From: a virus
Lineage: Duplodnaviria > Caudoviricetes
Direction: 5' to 3' (one strand)
Virus record (IMG/VR): IMGVR_UViG_3300029928_000001
Coordinates: 32,001-96,000 of that record
DNA length: 64,000 bases
In this document: piece after piece, positions 51,755 to 64,000 of the stretch
Numbering within the stretch: the first letter of the stretch is position 1
How the letters are laid out: each line of letters begins with the position of its first letter
Notes under the pieces: generated by a model
Told to the model about the DNA's origin: nothing
What the model saw: only the letters and a program-made list of their open reading frames with translations
Databases searched by the model: none
Program-made: the position numbers and the translations under genes

Positions 51755-54700
51755 TTATAATTCATAAACAATACAAATATCTCCGCTTACACCTTCACTA
51801 GCTGTTGGAGCTTCTGTTTTATACATTATATTTCTAAGTGCTTTAGAACCAGAAGTAGTAGTTGTAGTAGTAGAAGTAAACGCAGTTAATAACTTAGATT
51901 TACTCACACGCTTCATTCCATACCCATTACCGTTGTCGGTAATAAAATAATTGAAGCTTGTCGAACTGGATGAAGTGTTTAAATAAATATTAGCTCCCTT
52001 AATTGTGCCCGAAACCGTTACGTCACCCGTCACACTGCCACCACTAAGTGGTAAAAAGTCACCTGTATTTAAATTATCTTTTAAATATTCCAAAGCGTCT
52101 TGTACACTATTAATGCTATCAAACTTCGTGCTATTTAAAGAAACGCTTGAAGCATCTGTTGCAACATTAAGTGGCGCTAATACTTTATTACTAACAAACG
52201 TATAAACGTCCCCACCCGTAGCTGTATAGCCATTTAATGTAATTGCGGAAGTAGTGGCAGTATATTGTTCGCCTTCTTCAAGTAACAAACCATTTTCATA
52301 TACTGCTAAACCAGTAGTAGAAGCAATAGAAATAGGAATGCTAATTGTGCTCGCGCCCTCTGTCGCTACCGTGCGACCTCTAACAATCTCATCGGCAGTT
52401 GCCGCCGGACTTGTTTCTTCACCATATACAAATGTAAAGATGTCACCATTTTCAGCGCTGTAACCATTCAAATCAATGCCCGTACCATCAGTTTTAATAG
52501 CATAATGTGTGCCGATTGTTAATAATAAACCATTCTGATAAACAGCTAATGCTTCAGTATTATTGATCGTTTTGCCGAAGCTAATACTTGAAGTAGTTTC
52601 ACTTACGTTCACCGTATAGCGTTGTGCAATCGTAACAGCCGTTTCCGCGTCTTGATCTTTGCCGATAAAGGTAAATACATCACCAGCACTGGTTGTGTAA
52701 TCTACAAAATCAATACCCGTTCCATCTGATTTAACAGTGTAGTTCACGTTTGGCGTTAATAATACACCATTTTGATAAACTAATATTTTTGTTGTATCAG
52801 TAAAGGTATGGTTAAACGGCACCTCTGTAACTGCGCTATCGACGATGGTAGTATACCTCTTAGCAACGCCGCCCGCATTTTCCATCACCGAATCGACATA
52901 ACCCTTATTAACAATTTCATCAGTATCAGTAATTTCTTGATGATAAAGAGTTTTACTATTTGCGTAGTCTAATTCTAATAATCCTTCTGGAAGAGCTGTT
53001 GTTTTACCAAAAAACAAACTATCATTGGCAGAGTTACTAATGTTAGTATAAGCGTCTGTTGTGTTTAGTTCAATATCTAAAGTACGACCACCACTTAACC
53101 CTAAAGACAATGTTTCTTTTACTTTAGTTGTATCTATTAAAGTAGTACCGCCAATTGCGGAAATATTAGTTCTCGCTTGTTGCTGTTGGTCACTAGTAAG
53201 TGTTTGTTTATCATAATGAACCAATTTTTCAGTCTAAGCAACAAACGTCGTATCAGCATAATTTTTATTAACAGCATCTCCAGAATTAGTTGGAGTTGCA
53301 AGATTTGTTATTTTATGTGAATTAGCATTAATGTCAGCACTCATTTTCATGGCAGATGCTAACTCAATATAATCCTATGTACCCTATTTACTTAATTTAG
53401 ATGTAGCCACTTCTCCAATTTCTAATGAAGTAATTGGATTAACAACACCCACTTTATTCACATAAACTGGTAATTTTTCACTACCAACTGCTTTACCACT
53501 ATTATCTTGGCCAGCGCCGCGCACAACGACATTTTCATTGTTATTTTCAACAATAGTCCAATCTGCGTCATTAGCACTTTCTCCATTAGCAATACAATAA
53601 ATAGTATCCCCAACTTCACACCACTATCCCGCATAAGAACCTGCTTCAGCTACTTTATATGTCCAACCAATCTCATGCGTGTCTGGTAAACCTTTAATTT
53701 TTGTTACCGTACCTTTAAATAGCATCGCATCATTCGCATGGAATGAATCAGCAATTTCTTGAGTTACTTCTGTATGAAGATTATTAATTCCTGTATCAAC
53801 ATAATTTTTAGTAGCAGCATCTTGAGGAGAAGCTGGGTCCATAACATTAGAAATTAATCGAGAATGAGCATTATAATTACTTAAAGGTAAACCAGTAAAT
53901 AAAGTGCTAATATCAAAACGAAGTTCTCCAGTTTTAGCAACTTCTAAAAACATCTATACATATTCTTTTGTATCATACCAATAAATGATATCTCCAAATT
54001 GAATAATTCCCCCAGTTGTAGAACTACTAATTACTGGCAATTCTGCAATCGCGTCACCATTTTTTACTTGGCATACTACATAATCACCATTATTATATGC
54101 TTCTAAAATTGTTTGATAAGAATAATCAATACTAGTAATAGTAATACCATTATAAACTGCATGAACAATAAATTTTGTAATGATGTCATTTTCTAAAGTT
54201 TTGTTATTTACTTTTCTATCGACTGGCACACTTCCAATATCACTTGGCACCAATTGAATATCATATTCTAAAGACTTGCCATTTATAGTTCTTGTGGTAG
54301 GCACCATAAACCCATGTATAACGGCCCATTGCCCACTTTGGCACAATACGGTTATAAATTGTGGTTGTTCTACTTCAAAACCACCACTACCACTAAAAGC
54401 AAGTATAAAGTCATCAGTTCCCCAATATGAAATAAACATTGGTAATGGACAAGGCATATTATTAGTATTCTTAGCAGAACGCAATACACATGTAATTGCA
54501 CGCTTATCTTTATAAGCCTATTCTATCTAATTAATTAATTCACTAGGTTCAATACTCGTATCCCCGTCAGTGCCAACGGATAATTGTAATTCACCAGCAT
54601 TATTTTCATCAAGCCAAAAGTAAAAAGTAGAATAACTAGTAATATCTCTACCATTTTTATCCTTGTCTGCGCGATCGGCACTGAGCGGCACACGAGTTAA

Positions 54701-54826
54701 GACATTATTAATTTTGGCATCTATATAAAATTTCCCATCATCTGGCGTAAACCAAGCATAGCCCTCATTTAATGACTATTTCGCCAAATCGACAGAATTA
54801 CCTTTACTTATTTTAAATAAAGCCAT
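51755..54826 (-). CDS. Long tail fibre-like protein (1023 aa, multiple TAG)
   Basis: Three ORF fragments in one frame; MALFKISKG start; DAATKNYVD motifs; three VYQNG repeats. Confidence 0.8.
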
Positions 54827-54911
54827 TTGTTCATTTTTCTCCTCTCTGAGTAAGATTTTTTATTCTATAGATATATCACGAATCTTTATTTTTTTTTAAT
54901 AAAAAAAGACC

Positions 54912-54946
54912 AAAAAAAAAGTGAGTAGGATATTAATCCTACTCAC
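54912..54946 (-). terminator. Rho-independent terminator
   Basis: GTGAGTAGGAT-atta-ATCCTACTCAC hairpin with a T9 tract on the minus strand. Confidence 0.75.
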
Positions 54947-55569
54947 ACGTCTTTCCACATTGTAGTTGCATTAGATTGCGCAAGGGCTAAATCCGCATAT
55001 ATCTAATGAACAACCGTTGTATCTAATTTAAATTTTTCTAATTCTTTATCCGATAAATCTATACCATGTAAAACTTCTCCTTGAGCTGGCTACATACTCA
55101 TATTAAAAAGAAAAGTTTTACGTTCTGCATCTAATTGATAAAAACGCACTGTGAAAGTTACAGTCCCAGATGAGGCCGTCACTAAACCTTGTATTGACCA
55201 AGGAATTAGCATTAAAGGAGTTAAACTTTCATCATCATCTTCATACACATCCACATTATAGTAAGGAACCCAATACAATCCGCTTTCACCGGCTGCATTA
55301 ACATATTCAATAATACAAACCGTCATAGCCAAATCCATATTGTCAAAATAACGAGGACATCTAAAGTAAATTATTTCTGCGTTATGATCATACTGGACGC
55401 TCAAAAATTGAGGGATACTGATCGTCCTAGAATCTAAGTCAATATCAAAGATTTGATCATTTTCTGGGAGTAAATGCACTAACTAAGGGTATCTCTGACC
55501 TTTTTCGTCTTCATAATTTTGAATCTGGAGTAATAAATCTTCATAAGATTCAATCTTTGTTAATGCCAT
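54943..55569 (-). CDS. Baseplate-like (BppU N-terminal-like) structural protein (3 TAG)
   Basis: IDLDSRTISIP..SVQYDHNAEIIYF..RYFDNMDL; GTVTFTVRFY; paralogous to the N-terminus of 55585-57627. Confidence 0.6.
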
Positions 55570-55584
55570 AATTCACACCCCTTA

Positions 55585-57627
55585 TCAACCTGCGACAGTA
55601 ATAGAAATACAATCGTCTACTGTAAAGTTTGTTATATCATTAACGGCTTCACTACCATTAACGGTATTTTTAGCAATACAATAATAGAAACCTTGACCTG
55701 CCAATTCTCCATTTTGTAAAGTAATATGGTCTGGACGGAAAGCTATTAAGCACTTATTACCTTCAATTGTAATACAATTGTCTGTATCTACAATTAAATC
55801 GTCATTAGAAATTACAAATTTATCGCTTACGCTACCATCTTCATTGTAATCCGCATTAGCTTTACGCCATTCAAAAGTAATACCATCGCCATCGTTAGTA
55901 TGTAAAATAGCATCTTGATTTACAACAACAGCTTCAAGAATAGCAGTTTGAGAAGCTGTTTTTAATCTTACATTCTTAGAACCAGTGTCTTTTTGCCCAA
56001 TAGTTACTTCAGGAGCATGCGCAGAGTCAGTAATTCTAAAACTCTAAGATTTAACTTCAGATTTTTCACCATTTCTAGTAGCATATACATCAACTGTAAC
56101 TGTTGCATCATATAAAGCTCTATCTTCGACAGCTACTGGGGCAATACTATACTCATTAGCGACAGGAGAAGCAACATTAGTTGTTTCTATAGGGGTTTCA
56201 CCATTCCAAGTATAAATAATAGTATCGCCTACAATACCAGAAGCATCATCAGTTACTCTTGCCGTTTTACCTAAAACAGATAATGTTGCTTGCCCAACAC
56301 CTTCTGGACCATCTATAAGCAATACATTTTCAGATTGCTTTTCTGGCAATTCTACGGTAAAAGTATCTTTATCTGGACCTGGTATTAAAACCTTTTCTTT
56401 AGCAAATCCTTTAGCTTGACCTACTTTATTAATTGCAGTTGCTATATAAATACCAGTAACGTTTTTATCATCTAATCCATTTGGATAAACAACCTTACAA
56501 TGACTAACTTTTTCATAAAGTCCAGCGTCAAGAACTTCTTGATCGATCGGTTGGTCTTTCATACCAGGAGCAACTGTAAATACAGAATAAGAAGTTACTC
56601 CATCAGCCACTGTTTTTACATAATAAAGTTTTTCACCCGAATAAACAGTATCTTCAGTCAATACATATTGAGTACCAATATTAGGACCACTTTCAAGAGT
56701 CATTTCATTACCAGTGGACAAATCCTTTCGCTGCCATGTATAAGAAATAATGCCCTCGCCCGTTGCTTGGATTATAAAATCCCTTTGGAGTACAGAATTA
56801 TTTTCTTCATCAACTATTTTTTCAAGATCAATAGCATCATATTCTACTTCTTTGCCGTCTTCCATGATAGTAAGTTTATAAGTTTTATCAAGATGACGCA
56901 AGAATACTGGTGCATCAGCTTCTCCTACTTCGCCTGGTTGTACACTATCACGAAATCTATTAGCAATCATCTAAGAATCATCATAAATAGTTTCTGCAAA
57001 TTTTCCAGTATCTTTATTCCAAGTAAAATCAAGACCAGGGTTAATAGTAGCTTGCGCAGTTAATGTACTTAAACTAAAATCGAGTTCTTGCTTAGAGTTG
57101 AATTTATAAAATCTTACAGAAAATTTAATTGAGCCAGCATTTTTCGTAATAGAATTATTAATCGCCCAACCAAATAACATTTTTCCTGTAGTTTTATATA
57201 AAGATATATCTTTTAAATAAGCAACTGAATAACCTCTCTCTGATGGTCCTCCTTTTGATGCAGCTGTTTCCCATTGGATAATAATATGAACCTCGTCAAG
57301 AAATAAGTCCATTGCATCTACAAATCGATCAATCGTAAAATAAATAATTTCAGAAATTTGATCGCCCTGAACAGAGATACCATTTTTTCTAAACTCATCT
57401 GGTACATTGATTTGACGTGTATTTGCATCAATGTCAAATGTAGGCTCATCTAATGGCAAAATACCATAAATTTCATTCTTGCCTACGATTTCTACGAGAG
57501 AATTGAAATATTGATCTAAGGAAGTAATTGCATTATTGCTTTCTTCAGTAAGACCAAGTTCTTTATTCACTTTTTCAAATAAAACTTGGTATAAAGCTTT
57601 ATTTTCCTTAGTTACTTTCGTAATCAC
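55585..57627 (-). CDS. Baseplate/tail structural protein with Ig-like repeats (680 aa, TAG readthrough)
   Basis: ORFs 56971-57627 and 56044-56970 abut in frame at TAG and extend to TGA 55585. Confidence 0.7.
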
Positions 57628-57702
57628 TTTCTTATCATCCTTTCTTTAAAATTAAGAGGAGAAGAATAACTTCTCCTCTTATATATTAATTATTTTATTA
57701 AA

Positions 57703-57903
57703 TTATTTATCAACTTCTGTCCATTTATCTAAATCTTTTTCAGAAACATTAATAGAGGTAACTTCTTGTTCACCGTCAGTTAATATTTTTCCCTCATCCG
57801 CAGCAAGATAATAAAAAGAAGTATTATAAACGCCAGGAAGTTCTATTGGAGTTTCAATATATCCATTTACGCCTAAATAGCGGAAAAATTTATTTTTAAT
57901 CAT
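57703..57903 (-). CDS. Small phage tail-associated protein
   Basis: AAGGAG RBS; LAADEGKILTDG..WTEV. Confidence 0.6.
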   Translation of the reverse strand: MIKNKFFRYLGVNGYIETPIELPGVYNTSFYYLAADEGKILTDGEQEVTSINVSEKDLDKWTEVDK

Positions 57904-57915
57904 ATTTTATCTCCT

Positions 57916-60900
57916 TTATGCTAAAATACCTTCAACAGTAGCAGTAGCTATAACTTTATCCGCCAAACCAAATTTTAATTGAGTAATAGTTTGATCGCTA
58001 TAAGGTTGGCCAGCAGAATAATAGTAAGTAATTTTAAAGACATTTGCAAGACTACCGCATCCACCAAATGGGCCATCTCCTACGGCACTCAACTAAGAAG
58101 GATTTCCTGAGCTACCAATATAAACTTGAGTTAATGCTTTATGATTTCTGAAAGCGCCACTATCCATAAATATTAAATTACCTGGTAAATATAATGTCTG
58201 TAAAGAGAAATTACCAGTAGAAAAGTTAATAGCAAAAGCATTTGCTTCAATTCTTGTAACTCTACTGAAAAACATTTTCTATTCTTCAGCAGACAAATTC
58301 TGGATAATATTTGTATAATAAAAACTATTACTTCCGAGCGTAACACTTTCAGCTACAGTACTCATTTCATAATAAACAAGTTTTAAGCATTCTCTAAAAG
58401 CATTTTCTTCTATTGTTGCCACTCTATTATTCGTATCTTCAGAATAGAATATATGAGTAATTTTATTTTGTCCAGCGAAACCACCTGCACTAATACCAAT
58501 AATATCTATGTCATTATAGGTTGTTGGCAAAGTAATTTTACCACTCAATTGAACTCCAGAAGCAACTGAAATATAATATCCACCGTTTCTTTGTGCAAAA
58601 CTCAAATAATTACTATCAAGAACATTACTATACACAGATTTTTCTTCATATACAGCTATAAATTCATAATCCATAATTGGATGAACATTAGCCATATCTA
58701 AAACTCTACTCGGCGCTGTGCGCATTGCCCAACCAGCAAATCCCCAAACACCAGTCAAATCAAGATCGTCTGCTGGTTTAGATGGTAAAATTTTAATTAC
58801 ATTAACAGGATTGGTTCTGCTATATGGCGTTTCTGTTGTACCTAACTCTGTGCCGTCATAATTATAAAATGTAGCTTTATACTTATGTAATTCAAAAACT
58901 GCATAAAGAGTTACTACATTATCTACAGCCAATTCTTCAAAATTAATTCCCATCCAAATATCATCATAATAATTATCATCATCACTTTGTTTTGGACTAA
59001 TAATTACTCCTTCTTTTGTACCATCTTTAGACCATCCATAAAAGTCATAATTATTTTTGCTAGGAACTAATGTGATATTTCTATTAGGGTTAGAAAAATA
59101 TTCATTATCGCCGGAATAAGCGCGACCTTCACAATGTAATGCTTTTTGGGCTTCATATACTTTAGTTAAACCAGTTACATCATCTACCTAAATATATTTA
59201 ATAGTATAGTTATTCTAAACTTTAGCTACTCGTATATCTAAAGATGGGTAAAGCACATTATATGTTTGAATCTCAACTTCAGAAATTTCCGTACCATTAG
59301 TATTATCTACATAAATTTCACCAGATACATAAGGCATATTTGTATTATATACTGTATCATGGAATTGCGGAGCATCTTCAGAGCCGGCATCTTTCTTAGA
59401 TTGGACGAATTTGTCAATAATTTCCATAGAAGGAATTTGACTTCCATCTTTATCTGCATTCTTTATGAAAATTAAGCTATTTTTGCGTTTATTTATAAAT
59501 GTTTCATCCGATGGATCAATTTCTACATACTGATAATGATCGTTCAATTCATAATAAGTAATCGTACCATCTATTACCGCAGCTGTATCTAATAATTCAA
59601 ATGGAGTCCATTGAACATTTTCTAATCTTAAAGCAAGTCCTGGTTTATTTGTTGGAGTGGTTTTCTTAATCTTACGAGCTAAAGCTGTTTTAACAATTTG
59701 ATAAGAATCATAGCCTAAACTATCATTTTTAATTTCAATAGTAGATAAAGCTAAATTTTCGGCAGAAATTACATCAATTAATTCAGTAATCGTTTTGCTT
59801 CTATCAATAATATTAGTTAAACCATCAATATATAAACCTTTGACTTCTGCATTTTCAGCAACATTATCAGAAATTTTTTCAGTAATGATATTAATTAAAT
59901 TATAATTAGTATTCAAAGCAAGTGTAGTGACAGTAGACGGTAAGTGCATAATGCTAATAGGAGCACCAATAGCTACTTTACAACCAGTAATATTAGTATT
60001 TAATGCTCTAAATTCTTCAATTTTAGCAGAACCACTTATGTCAATATTTGCTGAATCTGCCTTAATATTTTTTAAACCTGTCAAAACGACTTTCTTTAAA
60101 AGAGTTTTTGCGTTTTCATTTGGAGATTCTGTAGTATCTGCCGAGTCTGCTAATGAAAGCGTAACAGAGTTTTCATTATAATATCCATCATCATCATTAC
60201 CTAATACTAATTCAGTTAATCTAATACTAGATTGTAATTGAATTTCATCAATATACTTCATATCTAATCCAGAAACTTTAGAGAGATAATTCGCTCCTGG
60301 GATATAAACTAATTGTTGAGTAAATGGCACACTAGTTTTATAACCAGCTAACACATTTTCAGGCACTACTGGCAAAATATATTGCATAGTATTAGTAAAT
60401 TTCTAAGGTACAGTTACCGTAGTATCATCATAATACATAGAAACATATTGAGATAAGAATGGTGTAATTTGATAATAAGGAGTACCATCGAGAGGTAAAC
60501 ATTCAGAAGGATTAGCTCCTAATTTACCAACCTAGAACCCAGATTTCTTTTGTTCATCGGTTAATGTTGTTACATCTAACCATCTATCACTTGTTGAAGT
60601 AGAGTTTGCGCTCGCTCGTAATTTTAATGAAGTAGTACTAGAAGCTCCAGTAGGTGAATAAATATTAGCCTACATTTCACTATCTAAATAATTCATTCTA
60701 TTACGAATTAAAAGTTGACGGGATAAATCTCTATCACCCTAGCAAGCGTAGAAGAAAGAATTACCATTATCTTGCACCCAATTGCCGGCAGTGTTAATAT
60801 AGCCATAATCAGTGCCTTTTCCTACCTCTAATGTCGGCAAAATATATTTATACTCAAAATCAGAATTCAATGCAACTAAAGGACGCACTCCTTTACAAGC

Positions 60901-63900
60901 ATAAGAAGTTGTAAAAATTTCTGGCGAACAACGATAAGCTTTTTCAATAAAGTTTTCATTTAAATTCGCTAATCTCATTTGCTGATATTTTTGTTTTATT
61001 TCATCAAGAAAACAATATAACAAATTATACCATAATACACTATTTGCCGTTGAGAACGTCTCAGCGCCAGCCGCCGCATTTACAGAAGCATCTACGTCAT
61101 AATCCCATGTTGGAATACCAGTATTATTAATACCTAACTGAGTATCAATGTCATAAAAAATTGGGAACCAAATATATTCTCCATCTTTTTCCATTGGACC
61201 CCAAGACGCAATCATCATATTCTTACCACGAGAATCATAACAAAGTAAAAGCTCTGTCATAATAAAATATACTAAACAATATTCTTTATTAAGATGTTTA
61301 TCAAATTCAGAAATAAACTTAGCCCTTCTATATTCTCTCGTATCATAATTATATGTAGTGCCATCAATTACTTTTGGAGGATCAAAAGTATATTTAGCAA
61401 CTGCTTCTTTATTAGCCTCAATCGGTCCTTGCTCTTTTTGCGCCGTTATTGCAGCTTCAGTATCTTCAATAATTTTTTGTTGTTCTGGAATAGCTGCAGT
61501 ATTAGTTTCAATATTTGCTTGTAAATCTGCGATTTGATTTTGAATTGACTATTTTTCTTCTTCGGTTAAAGTAGTATCAGTAGCTAACTTAGCCTATAAA
61601 GTTTCAATATCCTTGTTCGCAGAATTAATTAAATAATTTAATGTATCAATTTGCGCTTGCGCATCTGCAATTTTTTGTCGATAATTCTTTAATGTATCTC
61701 CATATAACAAATTTTCTTCATCAGTATAGCTATTCGCTGCTATATCAACCTCTTGAAACCACTTGTAAAGTTTTTCAATATTCTTATAACGTTTCAAAAT
61801 CAAACTATTATAATCTGCTTTAGTAGCTTTAGCTTCACTTTGTGCATCAATTAATTTTTCCTATTCTGCAATATTATTTCTATAAACATTTATTCCATTC
61901 GCTGCTTCTAATTCATCAATTTGCTTTTGAATTTTCTTCTTTTCGTCTTTATCTTTAGTAGTTTCTAATTTCTCTTCTAAAGCTGTTAATTGAGAATCTA
62001 ACTCTGGGTTGGCCTCACGAATTTGTTTAATTGAAGCTTTTTCCTATTTAATTTGATCTTCATATGGTTCAATATCATCTTCATATAAAGGTGATTCAAT
62101 TTTTCCGCGAGTTGCAGCTCCTTCGACGCCCGCGTAACAAATATCAAGATTATCATCATCACTATTATATCTATATTCTAAGTGGTCAATAATTTCTAAA
62201 ATACCCTTGTTATTTAAACGACCCTTATCTTTTTCGCTAAATCCAGTTTGACCTTCGTAAGGGAATTTAAAAGAACAATAGTTGCCTTGATTATCAGCCA
62301 TTTCCCAACATTCAACAATTTTTTTGAAAGCTTTTCCTCCTGCAAATGGATTGCAGTCTGAGCCTTCAACTTTTTCCATTTTCTTTTTTTCTTCATTATA
62401 TTTATAAGTGCCGTCATATTTAAATCCATAACTATCATCTGAACCTTTATCTAAGTTCATATTATATCGGCCAATATATTGATAGTCTAAGCCGCCAGAA
62501 TTATTTTTAACGGCATGGAAAGTTAATACTGGGAAACCTTGAACTGAAGTACGATATGTCTTTAAAATATTATCTTCAATACCGGAGAAAGATTCTTTAT
62601 CAAATGCTTTATAATAATCTAACGGATGTTTTTCATACATATAATGTACCATATTAGCAAATCCTGTATTATAAGATCCAGAAGATTCCATAAAGTCTAT
62701 TTTTAAGGTAAATTTATTATTATGTACGACAGAATTTTCTATGTCCATACACCATACATTAGTACCTTTTCCTGTTATATCTCTATCTTCAGTGTTTGCT
62801 CTTGGACCACCGTTATATCTCCAATAGTCTGCATTTTTAAGTTTTAGCTTATAATTACGCCTTGGATAAGCTTGTGAAGACGTTCCTTGCACATCTAATT
62901 CACCTCCATAAGCTATAAAGCTTGGACAATGATATGCATAATAATCTGCCGTCGTCATATCGGCAAGCTTATTAGTAATTGTATCTAAATCTCCATTTTC
63001 ATAAGCATAGTCTAATGCTGGGTTTACAAAAGTAGTTTTTACATAACGAGCTTTTCCTTTTAAATAAGGAAGATTTTCATCATCAATTGGCATTGGCACA
63101 ACATCTTCTAAGTTCTTTTCATTAGCTGGAGTACCATCATCGGTTCCATAAGTAGCACCAGTGCCAATATTATCTACTGTTTGAATAATCAAATATGGCA
63201 TTGTTAATAAATCAGGTCTGCCATTTTGCCTTTGTGTTTGATTATATTGTAATAATTTATTATAATCAATTACTGTTAAATTATTAATATTATTAGAAAT
63301 TTGATTTTGGTCATAATCAATAATATTTCTTAAATCAGATAAATAATTCTATACAATTGACCAAGAGTCAAGAGCACCATTATATACTCTAACAGCATAC
63401 AAATCAACGTCACAATATTGTGAATTAATTGTGATATATTTTACTGGAATAGAAAAACCACGATTACCACCACTAGAAGAGATAGTAGAAATACCAGTTA
63501 ATAAACCATTCACATAAATATATACTCTACTTAAAGATGGATTATTATTAGATGAAACAACATAAGAAATATTAAATATTTCATCTTCTTTATATTTAGC
63601 ATTTACATACTCTTGTCCTGTACCAAAATAACTTTCTTGAGTTCCTAAAGCAAAGCCTTTAGAATCAGAAAGATAAGAAACACAAATACCTTTGTTTGTC
63701 GATACTGTTTTTTCAACCTTAATAATCTAAGATTGAAATTCATCCTATTCTACAAAACTGTCTGGATCTTTTGAACCTTGACTTTCCGCATAGCTAACTA
63801 ATTCATCCCAAGATAAATATAAATCTTGACCTTTAAGTTTATATTTTGTTGTATTTTTAATTAAAGTATCATAACTTGTAATATTTCTAATTTTTAATCT

Positions 63901-64000
63901 AAATTCAAAAGTATAATTCTAACTACCATTTTGATTTAAATTAATACCAACTTGCCCTGCTTCACTTAATGGAATCTAAACCGAAGCACCATCTGAAATT
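57916..64000 (-). CDS. Giant tail-associated protein (>2000 aa, 5' end outside window): LamG-like, CotH-kinase-like, coiled coil and BspA-type LRR regions
   Basis: Six ORF fragments share one frame and end in TAG; QGTSSQAYPRRNYK, DSRGKNM, FYDIDTQLG; IEENAFREC repeats; TAA at 57916. Confidence 0.75.

Noticed and set aside
41836-64000. Right arm as a field of pseudogenes from a decayed prophage
   Set aside because: Breaks are almost only TAG, frames stay continuous over thousands of bases, and TAG aligns with Gln; decay would also give TAA/TGA stops and many frameshifts

Overview
An AT-rich segment of a large tailed phage (or prophage) genome, probably infecting an anaerobic Firmicute. Host clues are GGAGG ribosome sites, sigmaA extended -10 promoters and NrdD/NrdG. 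The genome almost certainly reads TAG as Gln (code 15). Many ORF-track fragments join in frame across TAG only, and TAG falls on conserved Gln positions. The left arm (1-41.8 kb, + strand) is a replication and nucleotide-metabolism region: RNase H, DUF2828, ClpP, NAD ligase, SSB-like protein, AAA ATPase, DnaB, primase, RecJ, Dda/RecD-like helicase, methyltransferase, DnaE, Pth2, Gmk, NrdD/G, dUTPase and RuvC. It carries 6 group I introns, 3 inteins and free-standing endonucleases. The right arm (41.8-64 kb, mostly - strand) is TAG-rich and holds a five-gene cassette of unknown function, a LytTR regulator, a holin, an NlpC/P60 hydrolase and tail/fibre genes. The strongest candidates for something new are: (1) a phage radical SAM/SPASM maturase coupled to an 18-Cys CxxxC-repeat protein; (2) a 7-nt TCT-TAA-C-TCT gap in the dnaE 5' end that looks like a ribosomal hop; (3) single 5'-proximal TAG codons that may gate middle genes; (4) unusual introns and inteins; (5) a phosphomimetic LytTR regulator; (6) DGR-like and poly-G variation in tail genes. 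All calls come from reading the sequence by eye; no database searches were run.
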